DNA of 64,000 nucleotides from Chitinophagaceae bacterium (GTDB taxonomy: Bacteria; Bacteroidota; Bacteroidia; Chitinophagales; Chitinophagaceae): assembly GCA_024103425.1 (NCBI GenBank), contig JAGFIS010000014.1, positions 2,637-66,636 on the forward strand, in the 5' to 3' direction. Shown here piece by piece: positions 30,918-40,718 of this stretch; position 1 is the stretch's first letter; the number at the start of each line of letters is the position of its first letter. The notes under the pieces are model-generated. The model was not told the DNA's origin. It did not search any database and was given only the letters and a program-made list of their open reading frames with translations. Position numbers and translations under genes: made by a program.

Positions 30918-31889
30918 ATGAAAAGAAGTTTCGTAAAGTGTGCTGTGTTATCGTTTTTCCTTGGAGGATTCACCTTTGCAGTGAATGCCCAGAATGTTGC
31001 AAGAGCAACAAAGACTGATACAACACCTGTGGACACAGTTGTGGTGCCTTCTATCCCTGATAGTGTACCCATACCTGTTATTAAGAAGTCGCTGAGGAAC
31101 GATAATGCTATTGAGCGTAACCTGGTAAGAGACAGAGTGCCTTTAGCGTATGAGAACCTGCGTGAAGATGATGCAGTTTACCGCCATAAGGTTTGGAGGG
31201 ATATCGATACTCGTGAGAAAATCAATATCGCTTTTAGATACTCTGCCAATGAGGATGCCGGTAATCAGCGCTTTATCTCTGTATTGCTGAAAGCAGTACA
31301 AGACGGTCCGGATAATGGTGGTGTGACAGCGTTCAGCGCTATTGACGACCGCTTTACCACCCCGATGACCAGAGCTGAAGTAGCCAAGCAGATTCTCGGA
31401 GAGCCGGTAACAGTGCCGATTTACGATGAGGATAATAACATTGTTGAGTATAAAACAACAATGCCCGAGATCAACCTCGATTCTTTCTACAAATTCAGAA
31501 TTAAAGAAGAAGTGATCTTTGATAAAGAAAGCAGCAGATTGTTCTGGAGAGTATTGGGAATTGCTCCTCTGAAGAGAATCATTACTTCTTCAGGTGTGGA
31601 TCTGGGAGAGTCCGAAATGTTCTGGGTTTATTATCCTGACATCAGAGCCACCTTTGCGAAATACGAAGTATATAACGGTAAGAACTACGGTGCCAGAATG
31701 AGTTGGGAAGAGTTGTTTGAAAGCCGGATGTTCTACGGGAGAATAGTGAAGAGCACAATCGACAATCCGTTTAATCTTTATTTAGATCAACAACCCGGAT
31801 TGGCCAATAATAGAATTCTTCAGCTCCTGGAAAGTGAAAATATTAAGGACAAGATATTTAACTACGAACAGAACCTTTGGTCATATTAA
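30918..31889 (+). CDS. gldN: T9SS protein GldN (PorN)
   Basis: LREDDAVY, KEEVIFDKESSRL, FWVYYP, FNYEQNLWSY. Confidence 0.93.
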   Translation: MKRSFVKCAVLSFFLGGFTFAVNAQNVARATKTDTTPVDTVVVPSIPDSVPIPVIKKSLRNDNAIERNLVRDRVPLAYENLREDDAVYRHKVWRDIDTREKINIAFRYSANEDAGNQRFISVLLKAVQDGPDNGGVTAFSAIDDRFTTPMTRAEVAKQILGEPVTVPIYDEDNNIVEYKTTMPEINLDSFYKFRIKEEVIFDKESSRLFWRVLGIAPLKRIITSSGVDLGESEMFWVYYPDIRATFAKYEVYNGKNYGARMSWEELFESRMFYGRIVKSTIDNPFNLYLDQQPGLANNRILQLLESENIKDKIFNYEQNLWSY

Positions 31890-31916
31890 CGCCGCCGGAT
31901 TGTTATTGAAAAAATT

Positions 31917-31943
31917 AAGGCACGGAGTAACCGTGCCTTTTTT
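31917..31943. terminator. Terminator between gldN and the acyl-CoA dehydrogenase gene
   Basis: AAGGCACGG-agtaa-CCGTGCCTT followed by a T run. Confidence 0.85.
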
Positions 31944-31960
31944 AATTCATTTCGTTTCTG

Positions 31961-33103
31961 TTATTTTTTGAATTCCTCGCGGGCGATAACCAGCTTCTGA
32001 ATCTCACTCGTACCTTCACCGATGGTGCATAGCTTGCTGTCGCGATAAAATTTCTCTACGGGGAAGTCTTTTGTATAACCATACCCGCCGAATATCTGCA
32101 CGGCATCCGTTGCCACCTTAACTGCCACCTCGCTGGCATAATACTTAGCCATGGCTGAAGCCTGAGTGACGTTTTCATTGTTCATCTTTTTATCGCAAGC
32201 CTGATCAATTAACAACTCGGCTGCTTTAATCTCGGTAGCCATATCGGCAAGCTTAAAACTGATTCCCTGGAATTCGGCGATGGGTTTACCAAATTGTTGC
32301 CTTTCTTTCGCATAGTTTACCGAGGCCTTAAACGCACCTTTAGCAATGCCGAGAGATAAAGCAGCGATGGAGATACGCCCACCGTCCAGCACTTTCATCG
32401 CCTGGATAAACCCTTCACCGACTTCGCCCAACCGAGCGCTGTCGGGAACGCGGCAATCTTCAAAAATCATTTCCGCAGTTTCGCTGGCACGCATACCCAG
32501 CTTGTTTTCCTTCTTACCGCTCTTGAATCCCGCTGTGCCTCTGGGTACAATAAATGCCGTAGAGTTATTGCGGGTATGCGGTTCGCCTGTCCGGCACATT
32601 ACTACCGCCACGTCTCCTGTTTTACCGTGGGTAATCCAGGTCTTGGTACCGTTGATAACCCAGTCATCTCCGTCTTTTACAGCTATGCATTGCATATTTC
32701 CTGCATCACTTCCGGTGCCGGGCTCTGTGAGCCCCCAGGCGCCGATAAATTCGGCAGTGGCCAGTTTGGGTAAATAAGTACTTTTTTGTCCTTCATTGCC
32801 GAAAGCAAGAATGTGTCCGGTGCAAAGAGAGTTATGGGCAGCTAACGATAAGCCGATAGAACCATCGACCTGAGCAATCTCCTGAATGATCGCGCTGTAT
32901 TCAAAGTATCCTAATCCCGACCCTCCGTATTGTTCGGGAACGAGAACCCCCATCAGCCCCAGTTTTCCCATTTCTTTAAAAACCTGAACGGGGAACTCCT
33001 GGCTTTCATCCCACTCCATTACATGGGGACGAATATTTTTTTCTGCAAACTCTTTTGCTGTTGCTGCTACTTGTTTTGTGATCTCACTTACTGAAAAATC
33101 CAT
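31961..33103 (-). CDS. Acyl-CoA dehydrogenase
   Basis: WGLTEPGTGSDA, INGTKTWIT, KLGMRAS, QIFGGYGY, IGEGTSEIQ. Confidence 0.95.
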   Translation of the reverse strand: MDFSVSEITKQVAATAKEFAEKNIRPHVMEWDESQEFPVQVFKEMGKLGLMGVLVPEQYGGSGLGYFEYSAIIQEIAQVDGSIGLSLAAHNSLCTGHILAFGNEGQKSTYLPKLATAEFIGAWGLTEPGTGSDAGNMQCIAVKDGDDWVINGTKTWITHGKTGDVAVVMCRTGEPHTRNNSTAFIVPRGTAGFKSGKKENKLGMRASETAEMIFEDCRVPDSARLGEVGEGFIQAMKVLDGGRISIAALSLGIAKGAFKASVNYAKERQQFGKPIAEFQGISFKLADMATEIKAAELLIDQACDKKMNNENVTQASAMAKYYASEVAVKVATDAVQIFGGYGYTKDFPVEKFYRDSKLCTIGEGTSEIQKLVIAREEFKK

Positions 33104-33178
33104 AACTCCATATCATTGAGGGGTGCAATTTAATTGTTTCGCAACGCAATTCAAAAGACAAAGAAGTTAAGCAATATG

Positions 33179-34183
33179 TTAATCTACAGCCAGATAAGGG
33201 ATAAGTTTTTCAATCAGTGCATCATTCAGAGAGTGTAGTTTCCTGAGATCTTCAAGGCTTTTGAAATTACCGTGTTGATTTCTGTATTGGATTATGGTGT
33301 TGGCCAGTGTATAACCGAGATAGGGATGGGTTTTAAGAGTATCGATATCAACGGTATTCAGGTTGAATTTTCTTACCGAATAGGATGTAATCGTCAGATA
33401 AGGCTTTATCTTCCGGAAGACAGAATCGGGTAACGGCCATACTTCCGCAACCTGATCGATCGAGACAAAACCGCCAAGGCGCTCGCGATAGTTGATGATC
33501 CTGTTTGACATCTTGCTTGCTATCCCCGGGAAGGTTTGAAAAGCGGTGGTATCTGCGAGATTGATATCTACCATACGGTATTCCTTTTTGGGATAGCGAA
33601 ATGAATTGTTAGATACAGGAGGAGGTGCAGGTGTTTCACGGGTGGTTGTTTCAACTATTTCAGCAGGACTTTCGCCGGTTGTTTCAGCAGCGTGAATAAA
33701 CGGGGCTTTTTTCTCTTCGGGGATAACGATATACGGAATCAATTTCTCCGCCGTCGAAGCCGGTAGTGTGTATATCCTGGTGATGTCTTCGGGCTTCCTG
33801 AATTTGCCTCCTTTAGAAATGTATTTGTGGATTGTCTTCGCAGTTTTCTCTTTTACGCCGAGTCGTACCCATTCTTCTATGGTTGCCGTATTGGGATTAA
33901 AGTAAAATGGCTTAAAAGTTTCAGGCGAAGAATTCAAAGCCTCAGTTTCATTATGTACCGTGGGGACAAAAGCGGTTCTCTGTTCCGGTTTAAACGTCTT
34001 TGTAGGATTGAGAGATTGCTCAAAATTTTTGACTACTTCTGTTTTAAGAACAGGAGTTTTTTTTAGCGAAGGAAAAACCTTTGGCAACAGAACGATAAGA
34101 AATATGGAAATCAGTAGTGCCAGGATGCCTGTCCTGTCTCTCTTTGTGAACGTGAGATAATCTTTTAAAAACTTCTTCCACAT
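33179..34183 (-). CDS. ComEA-like helix-hairpin-helix protein
   Basis: N-terminal TM helix; repeated HhH units (FNPNTAT, DINLADT, FNLNTVD). Confidence 0.85.
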   Translation of the reverse strand: MWKKFLKDYLTFTKRDRTGILALLISIFLIVLLPKVFPSLKKTPVLKTEVVKNFEQSLNPTKTFKPEQRTAFVPTVHNETEALNSSPETFKPFYFNPNTATIEEWVRLGVKEKTAKTIHKYISKGGKFRKPEDITRIYTLPASTAEKLIPYIVIPEEKKAPFIHAAETTGESPAEIVETTTRETPAPPPVSNNSFRYPKKEYRMVDINLADTTAFQTFPGIASKMSNRIINYRERLGGFVSIDQVAEVWPLPDSVFRKIKPYLTITSYSVRKFNLNTVDIDTLKTHPYLGYTLANTIIQYRNQHGNFKSLEDLRKLHSLNDALIEKLIPYLAVD

Positions 34184-34294
34184 AGCTGAAGAGATTTAGT
34201 AAAGGATTAGGGCGCGAACTAAAAACCGAACTCACGTTATAAAGATAGAAGTTGCCCTTAGCGAATTTGCAGGTTAAATAACCCTTTTTTGGTA

Positions 34295-34768
34295 CTAAGG
34301 CCAGATTCCGAGAAGTCTTCTGAGAACGACTACTTCGCCGGTATGGTAGCTGTTGTGCCTTGCTGCTTTAAGTATCAGATCCAAAGTTGATTGTCCGTTG
34401 GCATAAGTCAGCGGAACCGTGAGAACATCTTTCTTCTCAGAAATAAGATAAGCCAGCGACTCCCTGTCGCGATGGATATCGTTGATACATTGGTTCCATT
34501 CAGCCTCTGAAGGATTGTTTGCTTTTGGCCAGAATTCGTCAGGCCATTTCAGAGGCGTGAAATTGGCGCTTTCGGCCATTTGCAAATAATTATGCTGTGC
34601 TATGCGGATATGTGTCGCAAGCTCCCAAATGCTATAGGGCAATCCGGCAGGGCGGATGGAAACTTTGTCGTATGGAATAAATTCAAAGGCTTTGTCGAAA
34701 GACAGAACGGGGTTCACCATCCTGACGGCTGCAGCCAGCTGGTTTGTATAACTGTAATCTCTCTCCAT
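34295..34768 (-). CDS. DinB-family protein
   Basis: YSIWELATH and RHNSYHTGE metal-binding His pattern. Confidence 0.85.
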   Translation of the reverse strand: MERDYSYTNQLAAAVRMVNPVLSFDKAFEFIPYDKVSIRPAGLPYSIWELATHIRIAQHNYLQMAESANFTPLKWPDEFWPKANNPSEAEWNQCINDIHRDRESLAYLISEKKDVLTVPLTYANGQSTLDLILKAARHNSYHTGEVVVLRRLLGIWP

Positions 34769-34930
34769 TATCGTGGTATTTAATGAATTAAAAAGGTTAT
34801 TACCTTGTAGATAATGGAGAATACAAATTTTGTGCGAGGAAATGGGAAGGGAGAAAATAGAGTTTTAAAAATTACCCTTGGCGGTCAGTTTATTTTTAAT
34901 TGTTGCCTATGAGGCCTTTCTTGCCCACAC

Positions 34931-35414
34931 TGTCTGAATCACGGATTTTTAGGATTGAAGGATTGCGCTGATTTATTGGTATAAACTAGCCTTTTGAATT
35001 CTAAACTCTTTGATCCAAAGTTTATAAGCAGTCCAACTTCTAATCTGTACGCTTTTAAATAATTCAGTGCTTGGGCAAGATGAACGTCGTCTAATTTAGA
35101 TACAGCCTTCAACTCTACTAATACCTTACTTTCTACCACAAAATCCGCACGCCGTGTACCAATGGGTTCGGGTAATTCTTTATAATAAATATGCTGTTCA
35201 ATTTCTCTTGCAAAGTCCAAACCCACCTGCCTCATCTCCCAGGCAAGTGCTCGTTGATAAATAACTTCCTGAAAACCGTTTCCCAAAAACTTATGCACTT
35301 CAAAAGAAGCGCCAATGATCTTTTCAGTTATGGCTTTGTGTAGTAATTCGTCTGTCATTCTTATAATTGCTAATCTGTGAAATCACTAAATCAGAGTAAT
35401 CCGTGCTTCAGACA
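34931..35414. mobile_element. Inverted-repeat-bounded cassette carrying the GxxExxY gene (candidate mobile unit)
   Basis: TGTCTGAA(T/G)CACGGATT 17-bp terminal inverted repeats at 34931-34947 and 35398-35414, each followed inward by GATT units spaced 8-9 nt apart; no target-site duplication seen. Confidence 0.55.
34939..35358 (-). CDS. GxxExxY protein (PD-(D/E)xK nuclease-like)
   Basis: GFQEVIY motif, RADFVV, LVELKA, YLKAYRLEVGLLINFG. Confidence 0.92.
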   Translation of the reverse strand: MTDELLHKAITEKIIGASFEVHKFLGNGFQEVIYQRALAWEMRQVGLDFAREIEQHIYYKELPEPIGTRRADFVVESKVLVELKAVSKLDDVHLAQALNYLKAYRLEVGLLINFGSKSLEFKRLVYTNKSAQSFNPKNP

Positions 35415-35478
35415 TTTTCTCCGGGTTGTTGGGGAGGCAGTTGACAGAATTCTGCACCCCGTTGAATGGAGTCAGACT

Positions 35479-36339
35479 TTAATACCTAAACCCCTTCAAA
35501 TAATCAGCATCCAGTTTCGCGGCTTCCAGGCTGGTCATATCATCGTATTGTTCCTGCTCTACGATGTTGTAATCGAAGTTGCCGGCTTTAATAATTTTCT
35601 TAAAATCTATTTCGCCGGTACCTAAAACACAGGTAACATCTTTCTCGGAAAGCGGCTTGTTTTTCTTGCGGTCTTTGACGTGTGAAAGTTTGAATCTGCC
35701 GGGATATTTGTTGATCCACTCAACCGGATCGTGGCCTCCGGTAACTACCCAGTAGATATCCATTTCGAAATCGACTAGCTGCGGGTCGGTGTTTTGCATG
35801 AGGACATCTTGTGGGACTTGTCCGTCCAGATTTACGAAAGTATAATCATGATTATGGTAGGCAAACCTGATTTCGTTTTGTTTACATATCTCACCGCATT
35901 TATTAAACTTATCAGCAATTCTCTTGTAGTCGTCAATTGATTTCTGTGCTCCTTCCCAGGGGTCGATAAGGTATTTCATCCCGATAGCCGCTGCTTCAGC
36001 AGCTTTCCTCTCAAAATCATTATTGACATCGGTATGGCTTGATACAATGGTCATCCCCAGATCGTCCATCAGTTTTTTGAATTCGGTATTGCTCATGCCC
36101 CAGAACATACCCTTAGGGCCTTCGTAACTTTCTATCTGCTTGTAGCCCATACCTGCAACTTGTTTCAGCACATCGGATGTATTGTTGCCGATTACGTCGC
36201 GAATGGTATAAAGTTGTAGCCCGAAAGCTTCTAATCTCTTCTTGCTCTCACCGGCGCAAGCCACAAGTGTCTTCGGTAATGTATAGGCTAATCCAGCCGC
36301 AGCAGATATTTTCAAAAAGTTTCTTCTGTCTAATGCCAT
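35479..36339 (-). CDS. Tat-exported sugar phosphate isomerase/epimerase (xylose-isomerase-like TIM barrel)
   Basis: DRRNFLK Tat signal, GLQLYTIR, YHNHD, EMDIYW, HVKD. Confidence 0.85.
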   Translation of the reverse strand: MALDRRNFLKISAAAGLAYTLPKTLVACAGESKKRLEAFGLQLYTIRDVIGNNTSDVLKQVAGMGYKQIESYEGPKGMFWGMSNTEFKKLMDDLGMTIVSSHTDVNNDFERKAAEAAAIGMKYLIDPWEGAQKSIDDYKRIADKFNKCGEICKQNEIRFAYHNHDYTFVNLDGQVPQDVLMQNTDPQLVDFEMDIYWVVTGGHDPVEWINKYPGRFKLSHVKDRKKNKPLSEKDVTCVLGTGEIDFKKIIKAGNFDYNIVEQEQYDDMTSLEAAKLDADYLKGFRY

Positions 36340-36351
36340 AGTTGTATTTTT

Positions 36352-36912
36352 TTAAGCCCAGGCTTTGTCTCCTTTTTTATACGGTACGCATCCGTCGTAA
36401 CTCCCGGGGCGCTCTACATATCTGCGCGCCTGGGTGCAGCCGATTTCTGAAGTAAAGTAGCCCAGCAAAGTGAGCTCTTTCATCATTCTAAAATAGTGCG
36501 AGCGCTCTTCAGGTTTTTTATTCTTCTGGAATTCTTTCTGTTCTGCGTCTAGTGCGGTCAGCAATGCTGTCCTTTCTTCCGGAGTCATTTTCATGAAGCC
36601 TTTTTTGTATTGATTCTTTGCCGCTTCATCTAACTTCTTAATTCCTTCATGGAAGATCTCCTGATCCTCTTTTTCGTAACAGTCGTTTACCATCACGGTC
36701 ATGAACTCGCCGACTTTCGCAGCCTTTGCACCCGGCGTGCTGGTCTCGGGTAGAATGGTATCTGCTACTTCATCTAAGAAGGCGATATCTTCTTTAGAGA
36801 ATGTCAGCATCGTGCTTTCATTGGCTTTACACCCCGTGAGGAAATACGTGCCACCGACAACGGTTCCGCCGAGCAGTACTGAAATGGCTTTGATAGCTTC
36901 TCTTCTGTCCAT
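36352..36912 (-). CDS. Gluconate 2-dehydrogenase subunit 3 family protein (Tat partner of the GMC enzyme)
   Basis: MDRREAIK signal, ADTILPETSTPGA, LTLLGYFTSEIG. Confidence 0.88.
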   Translation of the reverse strand: MDRREAIKAISVLLGGTVVGGTYFLTGCKANESTMLTFSKEDIAFLDEVADTILPETSTPGAKAAKVGEFMTVMVNDCYEKEDQEIFHEGIKKLDEAAKNQYKKGFMKMTPEERTALLTALDAEQKEFQKNKKPEERSHYFRMMKELTLLGYFTSEIGCTQARRYVERPGSYDGCVPYKKGDKAWA

Positions 36913-36915
36913 AGT

Positions 36916-38373
36916 TTAAAGTTTAAAGTCGAGACTATAACCTTCGCGGTATTCTCTTTTTACAAATTGGTTAGCGAGATCGAAGTTAGTCACCTTCATA
37001 TTTTTGTTATCCCACACGAGCTCCAGATATCTTCCCGGATAATCGTAACCTCTTCCGTTCTTTTTGGGAACACGGATATCAAAACCTCTGATAGCGAGAT
37101 TGCTCATCAGCAATGCTTCGGTAAGCGGACCTGCAATTTCGAACGGAGAGCTAACCTCCATATTTCCGTGTCCTGCTATGCTGGCTTCTACCCATTGAGC
37201 ATAGTGCCCTCCGGCACCGCCCGGCACTCTTGCATATTTCTGTGGAACGGTCGTTTCTTTCGTCTTTGATGTAGGCAGTAATTGCGGATCTTCACCGTAA
37301 GTACCACACATCATTTTCCCTTTCGTACCGATGAACAGGACCCCGTTGCCACCATCGCCAAATACTTCGTTCGGACCAAGTTCATCCGGACGCATTGGCT
37401 GAATCCCCCCATCCATCCAGTGTACTTCTACCGGGCCTTGTGTGCGTTCGCCTTTTGGGAATTTCATGATTACATGGCTTGACGGCGGACAACTCTCGGG
37501 GAAGTATCCTCTCTGAAATTCATCCACGTAAACACTACCGACACTTGCCTGAACAGAGTTGACATAGCTTAACCCCAATACACTGAACGCAGGCTCAACT
37601 ATATGGCAACCCATGTCTCCGAGTGCACCGGTTCCGTAATCCCACCAGCCACGCCAGTTGAAGGGCACCAGTTTGTTGATGTAGTCTTTAAAGGGAGCGG
37701 TACCCAGCCAGAGATCCCAGTCTAATTCGGGAGGTACGGAAGCCGTTTCTTTCGGCCATGGAATACCCTGTGGCCATACCGGGCGGTCGGTAAAACAATA
37801 AACAGTATGTACATCGCCTATGATGCCGGCGTCATACCATTCACGGAGCTGACGAACACCTTCACCGCTGGCTCCCTGGTTACCCATCTGGGTGACGACC
37901 TTATATCTTTTCGCAGCCTCAGTCAATACCCTTGCTTCATAAACGTCATGTGTAAGCGGTTTTTGAACATAAACGTGTTTACCGAGCTGCATAGCCGCGA
38001 GTGTGGCTACCGCGTGGGTATGATCGGGTGTAGAAACAGAGCAGGCATCAAAGTGCTTGTGCTCTTTTTCCAGCATCTCGCGCCAGTCTTTGTAATATTT
38101 TGCTTTCGGGAAGTTCTTCCTGCTTGTAGCTGCCATACGATCATCTACATCGCACAGGAAGCCGATCTCGGCCTTGCCGCTCTTATAAAAGTTAGCAATA
38201 TCACTTTGTCCTTTACCTCCGGCGCCGATTCCTGCAACTACCAGTTTATCACTTGGAGCAGTATATCCCTTACCACCGAGAACATGCCGGGGTACGATCA
38301 TAAAGCCTGCAGCAGTAAGCGAAGAATTTTTCAAAAATTTTCTTCTGGTGAGTTTATGTTTCTTCTCTGACAT
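36916..38373 (-). CDS. Tat-exported Gfo/Idh/MocA NAD(P)-dependent oxidoreductase
   Basis: TRRKFLK, GIGAGGKG, STPDHTH, QKPL, WDYGTGALGDMGCH. Confidence 0.9.
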   Translation of the reverse strand: MSEKKHKLTRRKFLKNSSLTAAGFMIVPRHVLGGKGYTAPSDKLVVAGIGAGGKGQSDIANFYKSGKAEIGFLCDVDDRMAATSRKNFPKAKYYKDWREMLEKEHKHFDACSVSTPDHTHAVATLAAMQLGKHVYVQKPLTHDVYEARVLTEAAKRYKVVTQMGNQGASGEGVRQLREWYDAGIIGDVHTVYCFTDRPVWPQGIPWPKETASVPPELDWDLWLGTAPFKDYINKLVPFNWRGWWDYGTGALGDMGCHIVEPAFSVLGLSYVNSVQASVGSVYVDEFQRGYFPESCPPSSHVIMKFPKGERTQGPVEVHWMDGGIQPMRPDELGPNEVFGDGGNGVLFIGTKGKMMCGTYGEDPQLLPTSKTKETTVPQKYARVPGGAGGHYAQWVEASIAGHGNMEVSSPFEIAGPLTEALLMSNLAIRGFDIRVPKKNGRGYDYPGRYLELVWDNKNMKVTNFDLANQFVKREYREGYSLDFKL

Positions 38374-38385
38374 AGGTCGAGTGTT

Positions 38386-40065
38386 TTAAAGGTTTCTTTT
38401 TTTAAGTTCTTTGACGGCATAGTCTGCTGCACGTGCAGTGAATGCCATATAAGTGAGCGATGGGTTGACACAGGAAGCTGATGTCATGAACGATCCATCT
38501 GTTACAAACACGTTAGGTGCATCCCACACCTGGTTCCACTTGTTGAGTACTGAAGTTTTAGGGTCATGCCCCATGCGGGCAGTTCCCATTTCGTGAATAC
38601 CTCTTCCAATCGTACCATCGCCATCGTAACCGTAAACATCTTTTACTCCGGCCGCTTCGAGCATTTCCATGGCGTCGTTTTGCATATCCTTCCTCATCTT
38701 TAGTTCATTTTCCTTCAGTTCTGCATCAAATGCAATAGTGTTGAGTCCCCATGCATCCTTCTTGTCCTTATCGAGTGTCATTTTGTTTTCGTGATATGGA
38801 AGTATCTCCCCGAATCCACCCATTCCGATAGTCCAGTTGCCCGGCTCGCTCAGAGCGTCTTTGAAAGCTCCGCCAATATTTAATTCGGCAACTTCGCGGC
38901 TCCATCCCTGTCTGCTGGCAGATCCCTGGTATCCGAATCCTCTCAGGTAATCTCTCTTATCGCCAAAAATATTTCTGAAACGCGGGATGTAGAATCCGTT
39001 TGGTCTGCGGCCGTAATAATACATGTTTTCGTATCCGTCTACTCTCCCGCCGGCACCTACGGCTAAGTGATGATCCATGATATTGTGCCCCAGTTCTCCG
39101 CTGCTGCTTCCCAGGCCGTCGGGCCAGATGTCGGTAGCAGAGTTCATAAGTATCCAGGTACTGTTGAAAGTGGAAGCATTGAGAAAGATTATTTTTGCGA
39201 GGTACTGATAGGTCTGATGTGTCTCTGCATCTATTACTTCTACACCTTTGGCTTTTCCTGATTCTTTGTCGTAGAGGATCTGTGTAACAATACTAAAGGG
39301 CCTTACTGTGAGGTTACCTGTTGCCATTGCAGCCGGCAGCGTACTCGATTGAGTGCTGAAGTAGGCCCCGAACGGACAACCCAGCCAGCATTTATTTCTG
39401 TACTGGCAATTTACCCTGTTCTGAATCGGCTGAGTAATATTAGCTACGCGCCCGATAATAAGATGGCGATTGTTATTGTAGTGTTTCTTAATTCTTGCTG
39501 CTACATCCTTCTCAACACAGTTTAATTCCATCGGAGGCATAAAGAAACTATCAGGGAGGTGTGGCAGGTTTTCTTTTGAGCCACTAATACCTGCAAATTT
39601 TTCGACGTAAGTGTACCACGGTTCGATATCCTTATATCTTACTGGCCAGTCGATGGCGATACCATCTTTAGCGTTAGCCTCGAAGTCGAAATCGCTCCAG
39701 CGGTAGCTTTGTCTGCCCCAGAGCAATGAACGACCGCCCACCTGATATCCGCGAAACCAGTCCATCCGCTTGATTTCTGTGTAGGGGCATTTTTTTTCAT
39801 CTGTCCACCAGTCGAGATTGGTTTCGTTAAGCGGGTAATCCCTTTTTAAGACAGGATAGTCTTCAATCATTTTCTGTGTCCGCCCGCCCCGATGTGGAAA
39901 TTCCCACGGCCCTTTGGTAGCGTTGACATAGTCTTTGATGTGCTCAATGTTCTTTCCACGCTCGAGCATTATGGTTTTTAGTCCTTTCTCTGTGAGTTCT
40001 TTAGCAGCCCATCCGCCGGAAATGCCCGATCCGATTACGATTGCATCATAGGTATTTTCAGCCAT
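38386..40065 (-). CDS. GMC-family FAD oxidoreductase (glycoside 3-dehydrogenase-like)
   Basis: IGSGISGG FAD motif, GGRSLLWG, HEMGTARMG, VNPSLTYMA. Confidence 0.9.
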   Translation of the reverse strand: MAENTYDAIVIGSGISGGWAAKELTEKGLKTIMLERGKNIEHIKDYVNATKGPWEFPHRGGRTQKMIEDYPVLKRDYPLNETNLDWWTDEKKCPYTEIKRMDWFRGYQVGGRSLLWGRQSYRWSDFDFEANAKDGIAIDWPVRYKDIEPWYTYVEKFAGISGSKENLPHLPDSFFMPPMELNCVEKDVAARIKKHYNNNRHLIIGRVANITQPIQNRVNCQYRNKCWLGCPFGAYFSTQSSTLPAAMATGNLTVRPFSIVTQILYDKESGKAKGVEVIDAETHQTYQYLAKIIFLNASTFNSTWILMNSATDIWPDGLGSSSGELGHNIMDHHLAVGAGGRVDGYENMYYYGRRPNGFYIPRFRNIFGDKRDYLRGFGYQGSASRQGWSREVAELNIGGAFKDALSEPGNWTIGMGGFGEILPYHENKMTLDKDKKDAWGLNTIAFDAELKENELKMRKDMQNDAMEMLEAAGVKDVYGYDGDGTIGRGIHEMGTARMGHDPKTSVLNKWNQVWDAPNVFVTDGSFMTSASCVNPSLTYMAFTARAADYAVKELKKRNL

Positions 40066-40430
40066 AGTACTAATTATGTTTTGGTGATAAGAATTTCTGT
40101 CTTGTTTCAGGACTGTAAAAACCGAAGAGACAGATATCAGCGTAGTGAAAGTAAAAATTTTTTATCGTATTACACTGAAATAAGAAGCTTTAATTTAAAC
40201 ATGCTTCAAAGGAACTAAATACTTTTACGCCTGAAAGGAAGAGGAAAAAAGTGCTTATTGTCTCATGAATCTTCAGATTATTGTCATTATGCGGCTGTTC
40301 ATACAATAATTTTTTATTGCTATTGTACTTAAACTATTTTTGATTTTTCAGCTCAAAACCACCACAGGAGGATGAGTTATTGAGATAAGGCTTCTTGAAA
40401 CAATTGTATCAATCTTTAAAGCAACACCAA

Positions 40431-40718
40431 ATGAACGGAGTAGATATTTTAGGATATAGTGCCGGTTTTATTACCACACTAACCTTTTTACCTCAAGTGA
40501 TAAAGACCTATAAAGAAAAAAGTGCCAGGGATATTTCGCTGAATATGTTTTTGATAGCAGCTATTAATGAAACCATGTGGATTGTCTATGGTTTCCTCAA
40601 ACCGGATATGGTTATTATTTTGACCAATATGGTGGTATTGGCAATGTCGCTAACGATGATTTACTTCAAACTCAGATATAACAACGCTCCGCTACAGGAA
40701 CCAAAACAGGAGGTTTAA
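40431..40718 (+). CDS. SemiSWEET sugar transporter
   Basis: TTLTFLPQVIKTYKEKSARDIS (PQ loop), three TM helices; ATG at 40431 preferred. Confidence 0.88.
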   Translation: MNGVDILGYSAGFITTLTFLPQVIKTYKEKSARDISLNMFLIAAINETMWIVYGFLKPDMVIILTNMVVLAMSLTMIYFKLRYNNAPLQEPKQEV

